Source: Raja brachyura (Eukaryota). Taken from it: a DNA stretch of 64,000 bases. Position 1 is the stretch's first letter; the number at the start of each line of letters is the position of its first letter. The DNA lies in assembly GCA_963514005.1 (NCBI GenBank), contig OY740812.1, forward strand, positions 2,728,001-2,792,000, given 5' to 3'. The position numbers were made by a program, and so were the translations under genes. Positions 13,145-27,599 of this stretch are shown piece by piece. The notes beneath the pieces are model-generated. The model had not been told where the DNA came from and searched no databases. It saw nothing but the letters and a program-made list of their open reading frames with translations.

Positions 13145-13510
13145 CAGGTGTATATAGTTTTATAGCTGTATAAAATCATGAAGGGAATAGATTGGGTAAA
13201 TGCATAGAGTCTTTTTTTCCCAGAATCAGAAAATCAGGCACAAGAAGGGACAGGTTTAAGATGAGTGGAGAACAATTTAGTAGGAAGCCAAGGGGCAAAT
13301 TGTTTAACTTGCCCCTTGGCTGAGGGTGGAATCAGCTACCAGATGAAATAGTTGAGGCGGGTTTAATAACACTATTTTAAAGACATTTGGACAGTACGTG
13401 GATAGGAAGGGATATGGGCCAAGCATGGTCAATTGGGACTAGCTTGAATGGGGGCATCTTGGTCAATATGGATGAGTTGAGCCAAGGGGCTGTTTCCATG
13501 CTGTATGCCT
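13145..13510 (+). mobile_element. CR1 LINE 3' fragment
   Basis: YKIMKGID remnant and 3' UTR. Confidence 0.72.
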
Positions 13511-14919
13511 CTATCCATCCAATTATGTCCTAAACACAGTCACATAGTGTTTGGCAGAAATGAAAATCGGTTAAGAAAAAATGTAAATGGTTCACAAAAT
13601 GCTTTGCACATTATTGTTGTAGTCAGATCAGCTAGCAGTCAAAATAACTCACCCACACAGGTGAAATTTGGTGAAATGCTTGCATTCTAAAAATCTCAGC
13701 AATTTAAAAACAAGAAAAACATAACCAATAGCATCCCTTTGAAAATGAAATCCACTGGCGACGACTGTCACCTGGCACCTCAAACAAATGGTGTTCATTA
13801 TCTGCCATCCAAATTAGTGAGAACAAAAATGCAATTTATCCAAAAATGGTAAAGCAACCCCTGACCTACGTCATGCCTCCCTCATTCTGACCTCTTGGGT
13901 CCACATCCTCTGACAACTCCTCAAAATCCAATCTAATTTTGTTCAAACCTTTGATCACATTTTCTAATGCTTCCTTCTTTGATTTGGTTATTATCAGGTT
14001 ATGTGTGTGAAACAACTTAGAATGTTTTATTACATCTAAGCCAGCTTTTTTTTAAAATACCCAATCCGTGTGGTTCAGTTGTTAGGTACTGATATCACAT
14101 TGAGATGCACTCAGTACCAATTGTCGCTTGTGCCAAATCTACTGATCCATCCGAGTTAAGGATATGGAATCTTTAAGAGTCAGGAGCATGTAGCTTCCCA
14201 ACATGGCGACATTTAAGAAAAAATGCTCCTATATCTGGATGTGGGGAAAAAAAGAAAAAAGGAAAATTTGACTGCTGGCTAGTTATAGGCAGACCCTATA
14301 TCAAACCCAAGTAAACTGACTGATACGACAAAGGCAGAAGTCATTTACTACTTGCTCAGTCGAGAGCAATAGTTAGGAAGACAAGTCTGGCATTCAATTT
14401 TCACTCTCAAAAGCATGGGCATACATATCAAACTGGAAATAAAAAGAGGCTCAAAAAAAGGTACCTAAAGAACCGGAATACTTTATTGTCACATGTGACA
14501 AGGCACGGTGGGAATGTTTGCTTTCATACCCCAGGTAAGCAAAAAGTCTCCACATACAGCGTAGACAAAATTACAAACTTTATTATTACAGCACAGAGAT
14601 ACATCATGCCAGTGGTTGGATATCAAGGGAACTTTCTTCCACTCTACCTCACCTCAAAAACACAATGACCCTTCCTACCTCATGCATGTACATAGTTTCA
14701 GATTAATTGCATTTGTTTATTTGGTTGAAGCAACTTGCCCTCTATCAAGAGTTCCCACTTTTTAAACCAGGCTCAACTGGTTTCACTGGAATTGCCCACT
14801 GGATCGTTGAGGTTGTATTCCCTCACATGGCCACCTCTCTACTTCATGTTATTTCCTGAAGCAAAACACCTATTTCCAGCTGCTCTGCCACAATTAAGGT
14901 CCTATCGTCATACGGATTA

Positions 14920-15260
14920 GGGGCAGAATTAGGCCATTCGGCCCATTAAGTGTACTCCGCTATTCAATCATGGCTGATCTATCTATCCCTCCTAACCCCA
15001 TTCTCCTGCCTTCTCCCCATAACCTCGGACACCCGTACTAATCAAGATTCTTACTATCTCTGCCTTAAAAAAATATCCACAGACTTGGCCTCCACCACCA
15101 TTTGTGGCAATGAAACCCAGATTCACCACCCTCTGCCTAAATATTTTGTTCCTCATCTCCTTCCTAAAAAAAGTCCTTTAATTCTGAGGCTACGACGACT
15201 AGTCCTAGACTCGCCCACCAGTGGAAACATCCTCTCAACATCAACTCCATCCGAGCCTTT
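14920..15260 (-). mobile_element. CR1 LINE 3' fragment
   Basis: Similar to 4086-4530 (GGCCATTCGGCCC...CATGGCTGATC). Confidence 0.78.
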
Positions 15261-17299
15261 TTCTAATTAACAAATAGTTCCCAAATCCTAGTTCCTGGTA
15301 ATATCCTTGGACCTCATTACCCCAAAGCCCCTTTCCACTTATAGAGTCAGAAATGCCCATCTGATTTGTCACAAAGGAGCAGTGGCACCTGGCCACAGGT
15401 CAAGTGTACATGAAGCTCCAGTCCAATCACCCTAGATGCATACAGCACAAAATCATACCTCCTTGTTCCTCCTTGGCCATGCTGACCACAATGTCATCTC
15501 TACTAACCCCATTTCACATCATTAGGCTTGTATTCTCCTTTTCCATCCTATCACTTTTCCAAATTCCTTTTAAACATTGTACTTGAATCTGCCTCTACTA
15601 CCCCCTTTAGGGATGATATGCAAAAGGATTTTCAGACCAACTTGAAATGTTGATCAAGTTGCTTGGTTGTAGATACTCTGAATCGGACCCAAATCAATCT
15701 GTTCACTATAGTTTGGAAAAGTTAACGCCTTGACTTCCCAGCATTTGAAAAGTGCAGAAATATCTGGAACAAAGTCCAAATTGCTACAGACCAAACAATT
15801 CTGATAAATGAGGTTGCCATTAACTTCCAAGGAGATAAATGTCATCAAATGCAAAACTAATTCAAGATGTTAATCTAAACTAAAAAAATGCAGCTTATGA
15901 GAAAATTTGGGTAACTTGTTAAAAGGCTGTTGGTTAGAACACTCCATTTGGCAACTTAGCTTGATCGATTGCAGATTGTCATTCAATTGCATGAATGAAC
16001 CACCAAATTTAGTTAGTATTTGGGCAAACAGCAAACCAAGCATATGGAAGATCTTGGGAAGAGAGATGAAAGAAAACGGGAGAGTGTCTCAGACTAAATA
16101 TGTAAATTATTATCCTGATTGAGAGCAATTGTGATATACTGCCAATTTATAGAACACAGAATGGTAAATCATGAGTGAAAATGTGATTCAAGTTTGGAAA
16201 TACTGAACACAAATTTATAAAAGTCAAATGAGTAAGCGAACAAGTTGCAAGCACATACTTTGGACACTTCTTAACTCAAATTTGTGAAGGGAAAACTGAA
16301 ACACAACAAATCCAATCCATCAGGTACTTTCTTCGCTACCCTCATTTCATTTTCTTTCCTCTTCAGCAGACCCTGAGATACAATTCCAAGAGCATGGAAG
16401 CCAACCATCTCATGAAAGCGGCCATTTTACATGACTGAGCCGATAGTACAAATGTCAGCCAGTGATCCATTCAGCCTCATTAAGTTCTGTCTTTACACAT
16501 GCACGTTCCTGTTCGGCTGCAGTATATTGATTATATGTGGAATTACTATACAATTTCCCACTGCTTCTTAGTGCTGGCGGTTATTCTTATTCCATCCATA
16601 GCCTTCTATGGTTCACCTGCCCTATCTTTTCCCTTTCAGAAATGCATCGATGACTCGCGTAGAAATCTGGCCCCCATAACTGCTGGCAATTGAAATTGTA
16701 AAGCATATGGTTTGGTCAGTACCATTTGATGTAAAATTTGCCTCTAATTTATATCCACATTCCAAATATGTCAATTCTTAGCAGTACCACCTTCTCCCCA
16801 GAAGAACTGCATTCTCTTATAGGAACATTTATCTAGACTGAAGGTTGGCCTCCCATGGCAAGGGTAGCAGGGATTCAATCCTCATTCCAAAACTCTTATT
16901 TTAATTTGGAGGTAATGGCATTTCCCTTTTAAAAAGCATTAGTCCAAAAATACTGCACTCGCATGCTTGGTTGAATATAATAAATTTATGGGAAAATAGG
17001 CTGGATAACACTAATTGAAAATCCCTTTTACCTTGGTCTCTGATAAAGATTTGTTGCAAAATGAAACAAAAATCAGTGTAAAATCTATGCTGTACTAGCA
17101 CATTATCAATAACTAGGAATCCCATTTGAACATCATAAGGATAACGATTATGTATGATGCAAACTCACACAAATGTAGGTCGTGAAGCTAAGCTTTCAGC
17201 TGGAGACAAGTAGAAAGGCACTAACATTTCAACGAAAAAAAATAACATCAGGCAAATTTGGGTTTTTTACATAAATTACTTGTTCGTAAATGTAGACGG

Positions 17300-18160
17300 G
17301 TTGGTTAGTAAGTTAGCAGATGACACCAAGATTGCTGGGGTTGTGGATTATGAGGAAGGCTATCAATGAATACAGCTGGAGATAGATCAGGTACAAAAAT
17401 GGGTGAAGAAATGGCAGATGGAGTTTAATCTGAAGAAGTGTGAGGTGTTGCACTTTGGGATGTCGAACAGAAGGGGAAAATGTACAATTAATGGCATTAG
17501 TACCACAACTCCCTAAAGATGGCAACAAAAGTAGCTAGAGTAATAAGAGTGGTATATTGTATGCCTGCCTTCATTGAGTACAGGAGTCAGGAACTAATGA
17601 CACAGCTTTACAGAACCCTTATTAGGCTGCATTTAGAATGTCTGAAGAAGGGTCTCGACCCAAAATGTCACCCATTCCTTCTCTCCGGAGATGACGCCTG
17701 TCCCGCTGAGTTACTCCAGCATTTTGTGTCTATCTTTGGAATGTTGTGTGCAGTTACAATAAGGATGTGGAGGTTTAGGAAAGGGTACAGAGGAGATTTA
17801 TCAGAACGCTGCCTGGATTAGGGGGCATTTGCTGCAGGTAGATTAGATAGAGTTTTTATCCCAAAATGGAAATATCAAGTACCAGAGGACAGTTTTAAAG
17901 TGAGAGGGGCAAAGCTTAAAGGAGATGTGCAGGCAAAGTTTTTCCTTTATAGAGAAGGTGTTGAGTGCCTGGAATGTGCTGCTGGGGATGGTAGTGGTGG
18001 CAGATACAACAGTGGCATTTAACAGTCATTTGGTTAAGCACATGCATATATAGGGAATGGATATGGATAATGGACAGGCTGATAGGAGTTGGTCATGGCA
18101 TCATGCTTGGCACTGACATTGTGGGCCGAAGGGCCTGTTCCGGTTCTGTACTGTTCTATG
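17300..18160 (+). mobile_element. CR1 LINE RT/3' fragment interrupted by a Penelope-derived unit
   Basis: SKLADDTK (FADD-like), WQMEFN..KCEVLHFG. Confidence 0.85.
17641..17735 (+). mobile_element. Penelope-derived unit inserted into CR1
   Basis: CTGAAGAAGGGTCTCGACCC...; TSD-like TTAGAATG/TTGGAATG. Confidence 0.8.
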
Positions 18161-18575
18161 TGCAGTTCTCAGTTTAACTAGCAACTTCCAAATTCTGTCA
18201 ATGAGGAAGGAAAAATTATGGATTTAGTTTGGACACAGTGGTAGAAAATTGAAACTATATCCAACACCTCTTGTTCCACGTTGTGAAGTTTTGTTGCCAA
18301 GGCGAAATTCAACTGTATCTATATCCCCGAGTCCTAATATATTAGTTTGGCGCAAAATGATGCGCACTCAAGCAAATTGAGATTTTTAGGGATTGAACAA
18401 GAATGTCATAATTGCAATCCTTTGAGAATCACAGCACCTGCATTGTGATATACATAGAAAATATGTTACGGGATTGTTTTAATGTTTTATGAAAAGGGAC
18501 TGGCCAATTCTGAAAGAGTAAAGAGGTTATTCAATGTTTAAGGGTAAATGACAATAAAGCTGCATGCGTTCTTAC

Positions 18576-18639
18576 CACCATATGGTCCACTGGCACAGAA
18601 TTTTTTCTGGGAAATCTTCAATATTCGGTCATCTCCTTC
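18576..18639 (-). CDS. NPEPPS: NPEPPS-like exon 14 (EGDDRILKISQKKFCASGPYGG)
   Basis: 64 nt; ttcag/gtaaga. Confidence 0.93.
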
Positions 18640-18682
18640 CTGAAAAAGATGTTACATTTATTTTAATTTACCATTGTACCCA

Positions 18683-18846
18683 ATCCCACACTCAAGATGT
18701 GCAGCTTTGTAGGTTAATTGGCTTCTGTAAGTTGTCGCTCCTGTGCAGAGCAGTGCTAGTGTGCAGGTGATCGCTGGTCGGCACGGGCTCAGTGGGCCGA
18801 TGGGCCTGTTTCCATGCTTCATCTCTGAAGTCTATGTCTAAAGTCT
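18683..18846 (+). mobile_element. 5'-truncated V-SINE
   Basis: 3' half matches the 55383-55550 copy; AAGTCT-type tail. Confidence 0.7.
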
Positions 18847-20258
18847 AAAACATGCTCAACTGCATTTACTTTAATGCAAGGAGCTTTGTCAGTGGGTGAG
18901 ATGCGAGTAGAGCATGGAACTGCATTTGAAATTATTAAATCCACAGAAAGATATTAGATGAAGGGTCAACCAGAAACGCTGACTGCCCATTTCCTTCCAC
19001 AGACACTGCTGACCCCTTGGGCAGATCTCCTTTTTCTTTGCAAAGGATATTGAAGGTTTGATCAAGAAAAATAGGAAGACTATGACAGGTATGGTCGATT
19101 GGAATCATGTGTCTAGAGAAATACGGAGGATGCAAGAGAGAATTTAAGAATAAATGAGGGGGGCTACGAAGGCCTTGAAATAGTCTGGACAAGATTCAGG
19201 AATACCCAAGATGTTCCATAACAGAAGTAAAATGGGAGCCAAGGAACGAATGGGTCCTCTTAGGAACAAGGAGATAATCTATTTGCGGAGCCGAGCTAGG
19301 AGGGCAAGGTCCTAAATGACAGCTCGGAGGCGTGTAGTGCATGTCTCTTGATAAAGTGACTTCCCCTTTTTGTAGCTAATGTCCACCCATAGCAGATTCA
19401 TTTGAAGAGCCTTCTAGAATATCTTCCCTGTTTACTGCCAAAATGTATTGTGATTAACTCTAATACCACCAAGTCTTCTATAACCCCCCACAAATATACT
19501 ATTCCCTGGAATGCTCACTCTCTGCCTATCTAGCTACCAAGTCTCCATCTTAGCAACTATATCATATTCCCATGTCAATCACCAGCCCCAGTTACAAACT
19601 TCCATAATCAGAGTATTTATGTTAAAATGGAAGCAAATCAGCCTTGCATTCCTCCAACAAGCTTGAAGGCTTATTCTTCTATACGTTAGTTCCTCACATC
19701 CTATTGTGTTCCAATATCCTGTTAAATTTCTTTAGACTTAACAGCTCTAGAAACCGCATCCCGACCAGGACGTTGGACCCAACTTGTCCAGACGCCACCT
19801 TCCCAGAAATGGCAAAGCAAGGAACTGCACATTGGACAACAAAAATGGATGCAAAGGGTCCCAACCTGAAACATCGCGTTTCCATGCTCTCCAGTGATGC
19901 TGCCTGATCCACTAAATTATTCCTGTACTTTTCATCCTTCCTCTTCCCCCTCCAAAAATGGTCCCAGTAAATCAGAAATATATATCCCTCCCTCCTGCAC
20001 CCACTTCAAACCATGCAATAATCTGACCTAGCCATTTATTCCTTTAGTCCTTAGCAACAGCACCAATTGAGAGATTACAACCTTGAGGTCCTGTTTTTTA
20101 ATTTTGTACCAAGCCCCCAATGTTCAGATTGCACGACCTCAACCACCACTGTCATACAAGTTTACCTTCGTCCAAGTTTCTATAATTCAATAACCCATTC
20201 CTGCTCTCAATATAGTTAAGGTGTATATATAAATACAACTTGTGATTGAGTAACTCAC

Positions 20259-20368
20259 CTGCTTTTCTTCAACATAAATGAGAGGAAACCCCATCTGTTT
20301 TGTCCATGAGCTCATTATAGCATTAATAGGCTTTCCACTGGCTTGTTCTAAAGAACTCCAAAGATCCT
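20259..20368 (-). CDS. NPEPPS: NPEPPS-like exon 13 (DLWSSLEQASGKPINAIMSSWTKQMGFPLIYVEEKQ)
   Basis: 110 nt; WTKQMGFP motif; tacag/gtgagt. Confidence 0.96.
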
Positions 20369-21397
20369 CTGTAAAAAATGAAAAAAAATCATTTCATAAA
20401 GTGTCGTGCATGAGCCCCTTTGAAAAATTCAAATCTACAACTAAATTCTAGATGCTAACAGAAATTTAAAATTCAGGCCAATATACCAATGAAGAATGAA
20501 AAGATGAGTTGCCTATTTTAATACCCAATTGGCAAATAAAAAGATAACTTACAGGGTCATACAGCATGGAAACCGGCCCTTTTACCCAACTCTACCTCAT
20601 GTACCTCCACTGGCACCTTTTCATATATTCACCACATTCAAAAAAAGTTGCCCAGGTTCCTATTGAATCTTTCTCCTAAATCTATGTCCTCTGGTTCTTG
20701 ATTCCCCTGCCCTAGGTAAAATACTGTACATTCACCCTTTCAATTCCTTTCATTATTTTATACACCTCCATGATTAGCCCCATAGCATCTTGCACTCCAA
20801 GAAATAAAAAGTCCTAACTTGCCCAATCTCTCCCTTCTGCCCATCAAGTCTACCCCATCATTCAATCATGGCTGATCTATCTTTCTTTCTCAACCACATT
20901 CGCTTGCCTTTGCCCGGTAACCCCTGACACCATTACCAATCAAAATGTGTCAATTTCCTCCTTAAAAATATCCATTGATGGCTTCCACAGCTATCTGTGG
21001 CAATGAATTCCACAGATTCACCACTCTCTGACTAAAGAAGCTTAATGACATCCTTCCTATAGCAGGGTAACTAAAACTCAACAACACTCCAAAATAACAC
21101 AACTAGGTGTAGGCCATTTGGGTCCAAGCCTGCTCTATCATTCAATAATATCAAGGCTGTACGAAAGCACCATTCTCTGCCCTCTCTCATTTTAAACAAT
21201 GGGCAAAATGAAATTAGTTTACTCAACAATGGAATATAACTTTTGTTTCTAGACAGTTTACTTTCCAAATTGGCACTGTGTATCGAGCTAAATAATCAAT
21301 GCTGGGAAATACAGCACCTTCTAATGTGGGCATAGTGGTCACATTCTCCTGGGTTAGTGGGACTATGTCAATGCGTGTTCCGTTGAATACTCCTTAC

Positions 21398-21458
21398 CTG
21401 TTGCTGCATTTCTATTTTGAAATGTCGTCAAGTATACGTGCATTCCTTTTCTGAAATC
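21398..21458 (-). CDS. NPEPPS: NPEPPS-like exon 12 (DFRKGMHVYLTTFQNRNAATE)
   Basis: 61 nt; tacag/gtaagg. Confidence 0.94.
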
Positions 21459-22458
21459 CTGTAAAGAGGCATATTTTTTAAATACAATTAGCTAATCAAT
21501 AAAGGCAATAAACACAAGCTCGCATCCTAACCCAAAAATGGAATAAAATAATAAATCATGACATGATCCCTTTAAAATCAATTTATTCTAACACGCACAA
21601 ACAAATTATAAATCAAGAGCAAACTGCAGTCTTGCTTGCCTCTTCCATGAACTATTTCATTATTTTTGTGTCAACATATTCTTACTAATCAAACTTGGAA
21701 TATACCCGATTCTCACTATAACCCATCAATAACTGTCCGTATGGTCTGGGGTTAAATCAACAGCATTGTACCAAAATAACTAAAAATCTACTCAGAAGAA
21801 CTTAGTTGTTGGCTAAATAGTTTAAAATTTGAGGATTTTTTGTTTTAATGATGGAAGAGAAAAGGAAGTCTAGTCAGTCATACATCTATCAGAATTATTA
21901 GATAGATCATCTATTTTTTTTAATGGAATTTGCATGACATGGTTCCTTGCCCATCTCATCCTTCCTGATTTCTGAAGGGATGTGGGGGAAACCCAGCCCC
22001 CTATCCCACCAAATGTCAAAAACAGCCTGATCATTCACAAGGTTTGATGCTGAAACAAATGCTTCTGCACCCACCATCAATGACCATAGCTACTGACTAC
22101 TTAGCTTTGATTAGCCTGAAAATATTGCTTGCAATTTTATTGTACAAACATGTTAAACATTTGCAACAATTCTCAGCGATTTTAAAAGGAGTTGTAACCC
22201 ATTTAATTCTAAATGGATTATTTCTTCCATTCCAAAATAGGTGATGGAGAACTGTTATGTAATTATGTCAAACATTTGCATTTTTATCTCTCAGGCACTT
22301 ATTTCTAGGCTAATGAAGAAAAAAAGAGGCAAGATAAAATCCAAAGTGTTTTAACGCAGCCTGTTATCTTAATTTTAAAGCGTGCCACTTTTATGGCAAT
22401 ATTATATATTTTTAACTAAAAAATAATAATATTTAATTGTGAAAGTTCTTAAATGTCA

Positions 22459-24042
22459 CAGTGCCTTCCATAATGTTTGGGACAAAGACCCATCATTTAT
22501 TTATTTGCGTCTGTACTCCTCAATTTGAAATTTGTAATAGGAAAGAAATCACGTGGTCAAAGTGCACATTGTCAGATTTTAAAAGGCCATTTTTATACAT
22601 TTTGGTTTCACCATATAAATACAGGTGTTTATACCTAGTCCCCCCATTTTAGAGCACCATGTTTGGGACACATGGCTTCACAGGTATTTGTAATTGCTCA
22701 GGTGTGTTTAATTGCCTCCTTCATGCAGGTATAAGAGCTCTCAGCACCAAGTCTTTCCTGCAGTCTTTCCATCACCTTTGGAAACTTTTATTGCTGTTTA
22801 TCAACATGAGGACCAAAGTTGTGCCAATGAAAGTCAAAGAAGCCATTATGAGACTGAGAAACAAGAATAAAACTGTTAGAGACATCAGCGAAACCTTAGG
22901 CTTACCAAAATCAACTGTTTGGAACATCATTAAAAAAGAGAGCACAGGTGAGCTTACTAATTGCAAAGGGACTAGCAGGCCAAGGAAGACCTCCACAGCT
23001 GATGACAGAATAATTCACTCTATAATAAAGAAAATTGCCCAAACACCTGTCCGACAGATCAGAAACACTCTTTAGGAGTCAGGTGTGGATTTGTCAATGA
23101 CCACTGTCCGTAGAAGCTTTATGAACAGAAATACAGAGGCTACACTGCAAGATGCAAACCACTGGTTAGCTGCAAAAATAGGATGGCCAGGTTACAGTTT
23201 GCCAAGAAGTACTTAAAAGAGCAACCACAGTTCTGGAAAAAGGTCTTGTGGACAGATGAGACAAAGATTAACTTATATCAGAGTGATGGCAAGAGCAAAG
23301 TATGGAGGAGAGAAGGAACTGCCCAAGATCCAAAACATACCACCTCATCTGTGAAACACGGTGGTGGGGGTGTTACGGCCTGGGCATCTATGGCTGCTGA
23401 AGGTTCTGGCTCACTTATCTTCATTGATGATACAACTGCTGATGGTGGTAGCATAATTAATTCTGAAGTGTATAGACACATCTGCTCAAGTTCAAACAAA
23501 TGCCTCAAAATTCATTGGCCGGCGGTTCATTCTACAGCAAGACAATGATCCCAAACATACTGCTAAAGCAACAAAGGATTTTTTCAAAGCTCAAAAATAG
23601 TCAATTCTTGAATGGCCAAGTCAATTACCCAATCTGAAACCTATTGAGCATGCCTTTTATATGCTGAAGAGAAAACTGAAGGGAACTAGCCCCCTAAACA
23701 AGCATAAGCTAAACATGGCTGCAACAACTGGTGATATCCATGAATTGCAGACTTCAAGCAGTCATCGTATGCAAAGGATATGCAACAAAATACTAAACAC
23801 AACTTCTTTCAATTACATGGCATTGCTGTGTCCCAAACATTGTGGTGCCCTGAAATGGGGGGGACTATGTATAAACACTGCTATAGTTTCTACAGGGTGA
23901 AACTAAAATGTATAAAAATGGCTTTTATTAAAATCTGACTTTAACCACATATGTTTTTTTCTATTACAAATCCAAAATTGTGGTGTACAGAGGTAGATAA
24001 ATAAATGATCGGTCTTTGTCCCAAACATTATGGAGGGCACTG
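22459..24042 (+). mobile_element. Tc1-like IR/DR DNA transposon, full length, transposase disrupted
   Basis: ~210-bp TIRs CAGTGCCYTCCATAATGTTTGGGAC with an inner direct repeat; TA on the right, CA on the left; HTH region plus WTDETK, QQDNDPKH and PIE catalytic segments; stops and frameshifts. Confidence 0.95.
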
Positions 24043-25539
24043 TATGGTTCAAAATGTTTTCTTGTTTAAAATTCTGTAAAAACAACAGCCAAGGAAAATG
24101 GAAAGAATTGTAACTTGACCTTGAAGGGTTTATTTTTTTCCTCAGCCCTCTGCCATGACTTGCAGATATACTCAGAGTTGTTATGAACTCCTGCACAAGG
24201 CCTGATGCAACTGGGCCCACCTACGTGAAGTAGGACATGAAGATCTTATTATGAAACTTTCAGGTTCAAGTATCTCATCATATATCCTGATGCCCACATG
24301 CCTGGACTATGTAAACATGTGATAAGGTCAAGGGGATGATTTGTGCTTTTTCTTTCATACAATTTTGCATTGTAATAGACTGCAAAATAGTTTCTGTAAC
24401 CTTGCCAGATCTAAAGAACACTGACATCAAGATTAATGATCCGGAAACATAATTTTCTTATGTACTCTGCAGAAATGCACATAATGATTACAAATTAATT
24501 CTACTCCCTTCTGCACCCCTCCTGCTTCCTTGTCCCAACTCTAGAATCACTCGCAAGATGCTGCATAACTTAAGGTAGTGGACAAAGGGGGTTTGTGAAT
24601 GAACACGGCTTGGAGCCTGCAGCCATGGTTTACATAAAAGCACGGCACCAGTCTAGCAATGCATGCAAAAGCTACCGTAATAGAATCGTGTTTTGAGTTG
24701 TTGATTCTTTCTCCTACAAACCCTATAAAACATTAAAGTTTTAAAACTGATAACAATACAAGACATTTCAATTCTGACCCAATATGGTGAAATTTAATTG
24801 TTTCATTAATATAATTAAATATTTTTAATTATTTTATAATTCCACTTCTATTAATAATGCTGCAGTTTGAGTATGATCATGAAATAACTGATGGCATTAA
24901 TGCTGCCTTGTAAAATGTGACAAGAATGCAGAAAAGCAGTCAGTGGTTGTTAGTATTAGAGGAGAGATTTCAATCTTCACGTTTTAATAAGGCTTCAAAT
25001 GTACCGTAAACATTTGTATTGCAACAATTTTGTATTGCAACAAAAGCTTTTCACTGTACCTCGGTACTAAACTAAACTGTATTTCTTTCATAATATCCAA
25101 GCACTTATTAAATTTCAGCGGGTGATCACCTCCTGGTATCCCTTGCTCACATCTTCCCTGTCCCCCCCCACCCCCCCCAAAAAAAAGACACACTTAATCA
25201 GAGCACAAAACTTGTGCTCTGATGTGGAGCAGCTGAATAGCTGGAATCTCGGTTCTTACAGGTGTAATAAATTTACACCTACTATCAAATTATGTAAAGA
25301 AATATACACTCAAAACTCTGGAAAAAAACAATAGGATTAAATGGAAAGAAAAAAGACAGGTTAATACTGCAGGGATAAGCCCTTCATCAGAATGCAGTCC
25401 TGGTGAACCACTTACACCCCATAGATTAAGTTGCTTTTTTTCCACTCTACAGTGAGAGATTGCCCCACACATGTAGTTCCAGAATTTTCTGTATTTGCAC
25501 TCTTTCATTTGACCTTTTATGTCGTAAGAATGAAAAAGA

Positions 25540-25935
25540 AAACATATTTATTTGGCATCTTTCAAGACGGTCGAATGTTCCGCAACACTTTATGACAAAC
25601 GAGTCACTTGTAAAGCCTTGTCATTGTTGTGATTTGGGGAAATATGTTTGCAGACAGTTTGCTTGCAGCAAGCTGCCAACAATAATAACATTGAGATAAG
25701 GACCAGCTCATCCATTTTAGGTACTGCACAGATAATAGAAAAAATATCCTGCTTTTATTCACTCATAGCAGAGTGTTTACTGACTACTGGAGCAGACATG
25801 CTTTGTTTAAAGGATGGCCCCTTCAGACCCTGCAACTCTGACCATTGGCAACACAGTGGGGTATTACCATGGGTTTGTATAGTCTCTGGAACTGGGTGTG
25901 AGGCCACAATGAGCCAACTCGGGCACGAATTCAGA
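25540..25935 (-). mobile_element. Ancient SINE relic (possibly Deu-domain/SacSINE-like with L2 tail)
   Basis: Degraded resemblance recalled from shark SINEs; not alignable by eye with certainty. Confidence 0.35.
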
Positions 25936-26216
25936 CATAACCAACATCTAAAAGTGTAGTGGGGAGGTAGAGAGATATGAAAATAGCTTGAACAAATGCA
26001 AACACTCCCAGGCCAGGATACTTTATATATTGATTATTTAAATAGTTATCCTTGCTGCAATATTAATATCTAATTGCCAACTTACGAACAAACATCAAAA
26101 CAAGCTGCATTTTTGAACTCTTGAGAAGCTCAATTGTGTACATTCACAATCTGTTTAAACATGGAATCACAAATCACTGTAACACTTATCACTAAGTTAT
26201 GCTTAAAGAATCTTAC

Positions 26217-26321
26217 CACATCACCAATGTAATTGTGCAGCATTCGAATTACTGATGCTCCTTTGCTATAAGAAATTGCATCAAATATTTCATCCACTTC
26301 TGCCGGATGCCCTACTGCGAC
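26217..26321 (-). CDS. NPEPPS: NPEPPS-like exon 11 (VAVGHPAEVDEIFDAISYSKGASVIRMLHNYIGDV), catalytic Tyr
   Basis: 105 nt; AAG acceptor, gtaaga donor; FDAISYSKG motif. Confidence 0.97.
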
Positions 26322-26657
26322 CTTTAAAATAAATACATCTCTTAAATTTGGTTAAAAGGAAGAATATCGTCAATAATGGAAGTAAATTCATTCTACATAT
26401 GAAAATATGAATACCAACTAAGTGGTATGCAATTTAAAAAATTGGGCGTATCAGGTTTACACTCCAATTCTAAGTCTTAAGCAGCTTGAATTTATATATT
26501 GCCTAGCAGGACCTCAAGACATTCGAGACCACATCCTAATAAACTGCTTCTGCACTCTCTCCAAAGTTTCCATTTGTGTCCTGAAATACAGAGACCACAA
26601 CTACACAACACTCCAAATGCAGCCTAACCAAAGTTTTATAGAGCTACAAGACTTCCT

Positions 26658-27530
26658 AGAGTCATAGAGTAATAGTGTGTGGAAACAGGCCCTTCGGCCC
26701 AACTCGCCCACTCCGGCCAACAATGTCCCTGCTACACTAGTCCCACCTGCTTGCACTTGATCCATGTACCTGTCCAACTGTTTCTTAAACAATGGGATAG
26801 TCCCAGTCTCAACTATCTCCTCTGGCAGCTTGTTCCACACACCCACCACCCTGTGTGCAAAAAAATTACCCCTCGGATTCCTATTGAATCTTTTCCCCTT
26901 TCACCTTGAACCTATGTCCTCTGGTCCTCGATTCCCCAATTCTGGGTAAAAGACTCTGCATTTACCTGATCTATTCCTCTCATGATTTTGTATACCTCTA
27001 TAAAATCTCCCCTCATCTGCTCCATGGAATGGAGACCCATCCTACTTAACCTCTCCCTATAGCTCACACCCTCTAGTCCTGGCAACATCCTTGCAAATCT
27101 TTTCTGAACCCTTTCAAGCTTGACAATATCTTTCCTATAACATGGTGCCCAGAACTGAACACAATATTCTAAATGCGGTTTCACCAACGTCTTATACAAC
27201 CGTAACATGACCTCCCAACTTCTATACTCAATACTCTGACTGATAAAGGCCAAAAGTCATTTTGACCACCTTATCCACCTGCGACTCGACCTTAAAAGAA
27301 CCATGCACCTGTACTCCTAGATCCCTCTGCTCAACAACATGACCCAGATGCCTAGCATTTACTGTGTAGGTCCTGCCCTTGTTCGACGTCCCAAAATGCA
27401 ATGCCTCACACTTCTCTGTATTATATTCCATCAACCATTCTTCCGCCCACCTAGCCAATCGCTCCAGATCCTGCTGCAATCGTTCACAACCTTCTTCACA
27501 ATCTGCAAAACCACTAACTTTTGTATCATC
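26658..27530 (-). mobile_element. CR1 LINE ORF2 3' fragment
   Basis: ORFs 26912..27253 (PHLEYCVQFW...LERVQ) and 27228..27479. Confidence 0.92.
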
Positions 27531-27599
27531 CTATTTTTATATTTATATTTTATTCCATGACCGATGAATGCAAGCATGGCATTGTGCCCTCTTTACCAA

